This document shows, one piece after another, positions 58,197 to 64,000 of a stretch of 64,000 nt of DNA. Positions within the stretch are counted from its first letter, which is position 1. Every line of letters starts with the position of its first letter. Source of the stretch: Eledone cirrhosa (lineage: Eukaryota); NCBI GenBank assembly GCA_964016885.1, contig OZ024759.1:25792001-25856000 (forward strand), in the 5' to 3' direction. The position numbers were made by a program, and so were the translations under genes. Under the pieces are notes generated by a model, which saw only the letters and a list, made by a program, of their open reading frames with translations, was not told the origin of the DNA and did no database searches.

Positions 58197-58728
58197 TCAC
58201 AAACACATATATATATATTTATGAATTATAGAGAAAATATCCAATATATGAATTCTTGTGTTGTAGCTCTGCAAGTTAATTCTGTATCTTTAATCCGGAC
58301 TGCCACATTGAAGTTAATCCGTAATAATAATCTGGTTTTATTTGTCTACAGTGGAATAAATTGCTTAACGAGTTACTCTAATGGATCACTAAGAACAGGT
58401 TATCACACAGGCACACACAAACACACACAGAGATGCGGCCACACACACACACACACGCATACACACAGAGGCCGTGACACGCGCACACACGCACACACAC
58501 ACAAATAGAAACAGTCACAGACACGACACACACATAGAGGCAGACGCACACACCCAGACAAACACACTCATTACACACAATCTACATATTTACACACACA
58601 TACACACACACACACACAACCTGGATTGTCTTTTGCCCTGCTCTCTTTCTCTCCTTATCTATCGCTTTATATATATGTATGTGTGTATTTATCTATCTAT
58701 ATCTCTCTATATTTATACACACACACAT

Positions 58729-58761
<33 letters not shown>

Positions 58762-58932
58762 CATATAAATATAAATTCAGCGAGAATCGCATTTCGGCGG
58801 GTAGAAAAAGCGAAACGAAACGCAAAATCAGAGTTATGCTGGCAAGCGCTCTATAGTTAAAAACCCAGAGCTAAACATATATGTTAAAACGCCATGCAAA
58901 CTGAAAAAGTGGTCAAGAAGGCATTAACCACC

Positions 58933-58963
<31 letters not shown>

Positions 58964-59139
58964 ATATATATGTACGTGTGTGTGTACGAATGTGCATATG
59001 CATTTATTCATATATATGCGTATGTATGTATGGGTGTATGTTTGTTTATACGTATTTATATAGATGTATGCGTGCATGTACGAAACATTCTCATAACTTC
59101 GGCAAAAGGATCCACCCAATATATATATATGTGTGTGTA

Positions 59140-59239
<100 letters not shown>

Positions 59240-59299
59240 TATATATATTATGTATATATATATATATTATGTATATATATATTGTATGTATATATACAT

Positions 59300-59350
<51 letters not shown>

Positions 59351-59562
59351 GCAGAAATACCATGAGCTCATACTCAAACCACTAATAACAGTTGTTCACA
59401 TACCAACCGTGAGGTGGTTAATGTCCACATATTTAGATATAAAAATGTCAGCGTGCGGAAATCTATCCATTCAGAACGCCATTTACAATACTTACCGACA
59501 AGTGAAGAACTATATATATATATATGTATATGTATATATATATATCATATATATATATATAT

Positions 59563-59622
<60 letters not shown>

Positions 59623-59961
59623 GATATATTATATATATCATATATGTATTTATCATATATTTACATATATATATATGATATATTTTATATATATCATATA
59701 TGTATTTATCATATATGTATATATGATATATTTTATATATATCATATATGTATTTATCATATATATATATTTATCATATACATATATATATATATATATC
59801 ATATATATATGATATATATCATATATATATATATGATATATTTTATATATATCATTTATGTATTTATCATATATATATATATTTATCATATACATATATA
59901 TATATATATCATATATATATGATATATATCATATATATATGTATATCATATATATATATAT

Positions 59962-60147
59962 TAGAAAGTGAGGTTTTTTTACAAAATGAAAAAAACCCGA
60001 TGTGTCCTACACGAGTGAAAAAAGATGAAATCGAAAATGCAACTGGAGTCTTTTTTTTTAAATATATATTTATTTGGTTCCTTTACAGGTTTCGCACTTT
60101 TTGTGCTTTTCAAAAGAAGAATTGAGATGGAGGGGTTTGTGGTTTTT
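59962..60147 (-). mobile_element. Family B short element in (TA)n
   Basis: Diverged copy of the 56955 element. Confidence 0.8.
60079..60118 (-). ncRNA. Minimal type I hammerhead ribozyme, U3-A8 core variant
   Basis: Minus strand reads ttctt-TTGAAAA-gcac-aaaaa-gtgc-GAAAC-ct-GTA-aagga; stem II shows a compensatory change relative to the 57090 copy. Confidence 0.68.
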
Positions 60148-60151
60148 ATAT

Positions 60152-60451
<300 letters not shown>

Positions 60452-61397
60452 GTTATACTGTGTTATTGTGCACATGTCGGTGACTGTACACATGTGGGTG
60501 ACTGTGTAGATGTGAGTGATTGTGAACATGTGGGTGGCTTTGCACATATGGATGACTGCACACATGAGGGTGACCGTGTGAATGTGGGTGACTATTTGTG
60601 TGTGAATACATCTGTTTGACTGTGTACATGTGGGCGAGACTGTACATGTAGATGACTGTGACTGTCGCTGTGTGTGTGTACATGTGTGTGACTGTTGTTA
60701 TGTGTGTGTACATGTATGTGAATGTCTCTAGTATTGTGTGTATGTGTGTAGATATGTGTGTGTATCTCTAGATATGTGTGTAGATGTGTGTGTGTGTATG
60801 TATGTAGATATATGTGTGTGTCTGTAGTATTGTGTGTGTGTCTGTAGTATTGTATGTATGACTGTAGATATGTGTGTGTGTGTATAGTATAGTGTGTGTA
60901 GATATATGTGAGTATCCGTAGATATGTGTGTATGTCTGTAGATATGTGTGTGGGTGTGTAGATATGTGTGTGTATGTGTGTAGATATTGTGTGTATGTGT
61001 GTAGATATGTGTGTGTATGTAGTGTTGTGTGTGTGACTGTAGATATGTGTGTTTGTGTGTGTAGATATTGTGTGTATGTGTGTAGATATGTGTGTGTATG
61101 TAGTGTTGTGTGTGTGACTGTAGATATGTGTGTGTGTAGATATGTGTGTTAGTGTGTAGATGTGTGTGTGTGTGTGTAGATATGTGTGTGTGTGTAAATT
61201 GTGTGTGTGTGTAGATATGTGTGTTAGTGTGTGTATGCATGTACTTATTTGTTAATAATGTCTTCTTTATTGCATTCATTGTTGTTGTTGTCATTCGCCA
61301 TTATCAGATGTTTTATATTTTTTAATCCGTGTTCAATCCCGGATAAAAACGACAGATTAACATTTTAAGTTAGTAATCTGAGACAGTATTGTTTATA

Positions 61398-62075
61398 TCA
61401 CCAACATCACCATCATCATCATCACCATCACCATCATCATCATCATCTCCATCATTATCATCATCATCATCGTCATCATTATCATCATAATCGTCATCAT
61501 CGTCATCGTCATCATCATCGTCATCATCGTCATCATCGTCATCATCGTCCTTATCGTCATCATTATCATCATCGTCATCGTCATCATCATCGTCAGCAGC
61601 ATAATCTTCATCATCATTATCACCATCACCATCACCATGATCAACATTATCACCATCATAATGATAATGATAATCATCATCATCATTTTCATCATCATCC
61701 TAACGATAATCATCATAATCAAATCATTATCACCACCTCCACCACAACCACCACCACACACTACACTACCACCATCACATTACCCCCACTACCCCACCGC
61801 CATTACCACCACACACTACTACACCACCAACACCACCACCACACAGTACACCACCACCATCACCACCACCACAATCACCACCACCACACAGAACACACTA
61901 CATCACCATCACCACCACCACTACCACCACCAGACATTATACCACCACCATCACCACACACTATACCACCACCATCACCACACAGTACACCACCACCACC
62001 ACTACCACCACCACCACACCCTATACCACAACTACCACCACCATCACCACACAGTATACCACCACCACACACTAC
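61398..62075. repeat. (CAT/CGT)n then (CAC)n mosaic trinucleotide tract
   Basis: Low-complexity sequence. Confidence 0.9.
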
Positions 62076-62533
62076 GCTAAGTTTTAAAGGGAAATCAGGA
62101 AGATGCTTCCAATATGATCCCTACATTAAGTAAGAACCCACCTCCACCTCACGCTACTCCACAACTATGACCCACCCCACACACATTAACCCCACCCCCA
62201 CTGTTCTTGTGTTACCTACCACACAAATACATCTAGACGACATTCCTTGTACGCTGCTGCTGATGTTGATGATGATATAGTTATAGTGCTGATGTAGATG
62301 GTGATGATGATGGTATAGTTAGTCTTGATGGTAGTGGTGATTATTGTGGTTGTTTTGTTCTGTCTATCTATCCTTCTCTCTCTCTGTCTCCCCCTCTCTC
62401 TCTCTCTCTCTCTCTCTCTTTATATATATATATATGTTTATATATATATATTTGAATTTGTGCAGTCAGCTTTCAAACTGGCCTATTTGTACGTATTAAT
62501 ATATACATCCTAGCTGCTTAAACATATACATAA

Positions 62534-62588
<55 letters not shown>

Positions 62589-63722
62589 CACACAAAAACT
62601 TGTATCTACTGCCGTACATATGTAGATTAAGTATTAGAACGACAGGCATTCTCACATACACACATATACACATGGACGCTTTCTCGCACACACATAAGCA
62701 CACACCGAAGTACATACACACACCCACACACACACACACGCGCACACGCACACATGCACGCGCACACACACATACACACACACACACACACACACCTATG
62801 TATATACACAAATACACACGCCACTGATCCATGTGAATTCATGCAAACTTTACATGCAACAATTCAGAACAAAGATTTTAAATTAAGAACGAAAGAGAAA
62901 GAAAGAAAGAAAGAAAGAAGGATAGTAGATAATAATGGGGGAGGGGGGCTGAAATAAAGACGCAATGGAATGGTAATTTGTAAGTTAATATCAGATCTTC
63001 AAGAGAACTCACATTACAAGTGTCTCCAAGGAATTGTGAACAACCATTTATCTTTTGAATAACGTTTTGTGAAATTATGTTGACATTTCGTTCAAACTAA
63101 GATGTACGGAGTTTCATTGGTGGAGCTGGTGGTTGTTGTTGTAGTGGTGGTGGAGTTGGTGGTGGAGTTTCATTGGTGGTGGTTGTTGTTGTTGTGGTGG
63201 TGGTGGTGGAGTTTCTTTGGTGTTGGTGGTGGTGTTGGTGCAGGAATTTCATTGATGGTGATGGTGGTTGTGTTGGTGGTAGAGTTTCATTGGTGGAGCT
63301 GTTGGTTTTGTGGCGGTGGTGGTGGTGGAGGAGTATCATTGGTGAAGGTGGTAGTGGTTGTGGCGGTGGTGTTGGTGCAGGGATTTCATTGATGGTGATC
63401 GTGGTGGTGATGGTGGTTGTGGTGGTGGTGGTGGTGGTGGTGTTGGTTGTGGTGGTGGTGCTGGAGATTCATTGTTGGAGATGGTGATGTTTGTTGGAGT
63501 ATTGGTGGTGGTGTTGGTGTTGGAGTATCATTGGTGGAGGTGGTGGTGTTAGTGGTGCTTGTTGTGGTATTGGTGGTGGGGTTTTATTTGTGGTGGTGGT
63601 GGTGGTGGTTGTTTGTGTAGGTGTAGGTAGGGACGGGATGTTATTTTGCGTTGGTGGAGATAGCAAAAGAAGAGTATAAATGGGTGTTATAAAGAATATA
63701 AGCAGTGTTTATGTTTAACTAA

Positions 63723-63888
63723 CGTCGGACGCCATGCTTTGAAGCATAGAGTTACCTCCCTTTATGATCTGAGTTCAAATCCCGCCGAGGTTCACTTTGC
63801 TTTTTATCCTTACCGGGTCGATAAAATAAAGTACCAGTAATGAACTGAGTAATTGCTGGCCTTGTGCCAATAGTAGAAACAATTATTA
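63723..63888 (+). mobile_element. Octopus-type tRNA SINE (5'-truncated)
   Basis: gtcggacgccatgcttt...ctgagttcaaatcccgccgagg...ggccttgtgccaatagtagaaacaatt. Confidence 0.85.
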
Positions 63889-64000
63889 ACAGTCACTCTC
63901 AGTTCGAGTGTGCTTGTCCACTCAAGAAGAAGAGTTTACTTTACTCACGTGATCAATCAATTACTTTGCCCGAGTTGAGTTGAATAGTGTTGGGACTCCA

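Noticed and set aside
59489-59497. U1 snRNA 5' end (ATACTTACC)
   Set aside because: The downstream sequence does not continue as U1; it could only be an isolated minus-strand donor-like site.
60470-60600. HVGDC-repeat peptide ORF
   Set aside because: An 18-bp degenerate tandem repeat grading into (TG)n; the ORF starts in a family A tail and runs through (TA)n.

Overview
Eukaryotic, AT-rich DNA saturated with microsatellites. It is most likely intronic or intergenic sequence from an octopod cephalopod, inferred from tRNA-derived SINEs that I recall as Octopus OK/OR-type families. I find no intact host gene, RNA gene or CRISPR array, and almost all ORFs in the track are translations of (TA)n, (CA)n, (ATCT)n or (ACT/ACC)n repeats. 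Recognisable content: retrotransposon 3' fragments (RTE/RTE-X, a BovB-like RTE split by SINEs, Tx1-like ends in (ATCT)n, an R4/Dong end in (TAA)n), an internally deleted hAT (hATm-like) transposon, two Tc1/mariner-type MITEs, more than a dozen SINE copies or fragments, 28-, 50- and 21-bp minisatellites, and a hierarchical macrosatellite at about 26.2-36.8 kb that runs into a 200-N gap. The most interesting signal is a set of short elements embedded in (TA)n that carry inverted terminal duplications and hammerhead-ribozyme-like cores, an architecture typical of Penelope-like elements. One family has a U3-A8 core variant with a compensatory stem II change between copies. Others appear to have an insertion between the cleavage triplet and stem I. 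YY1/Pho-type GCCAT motifs also cluster in the few unique islands. All family assignments come from motif recall, not database searches.
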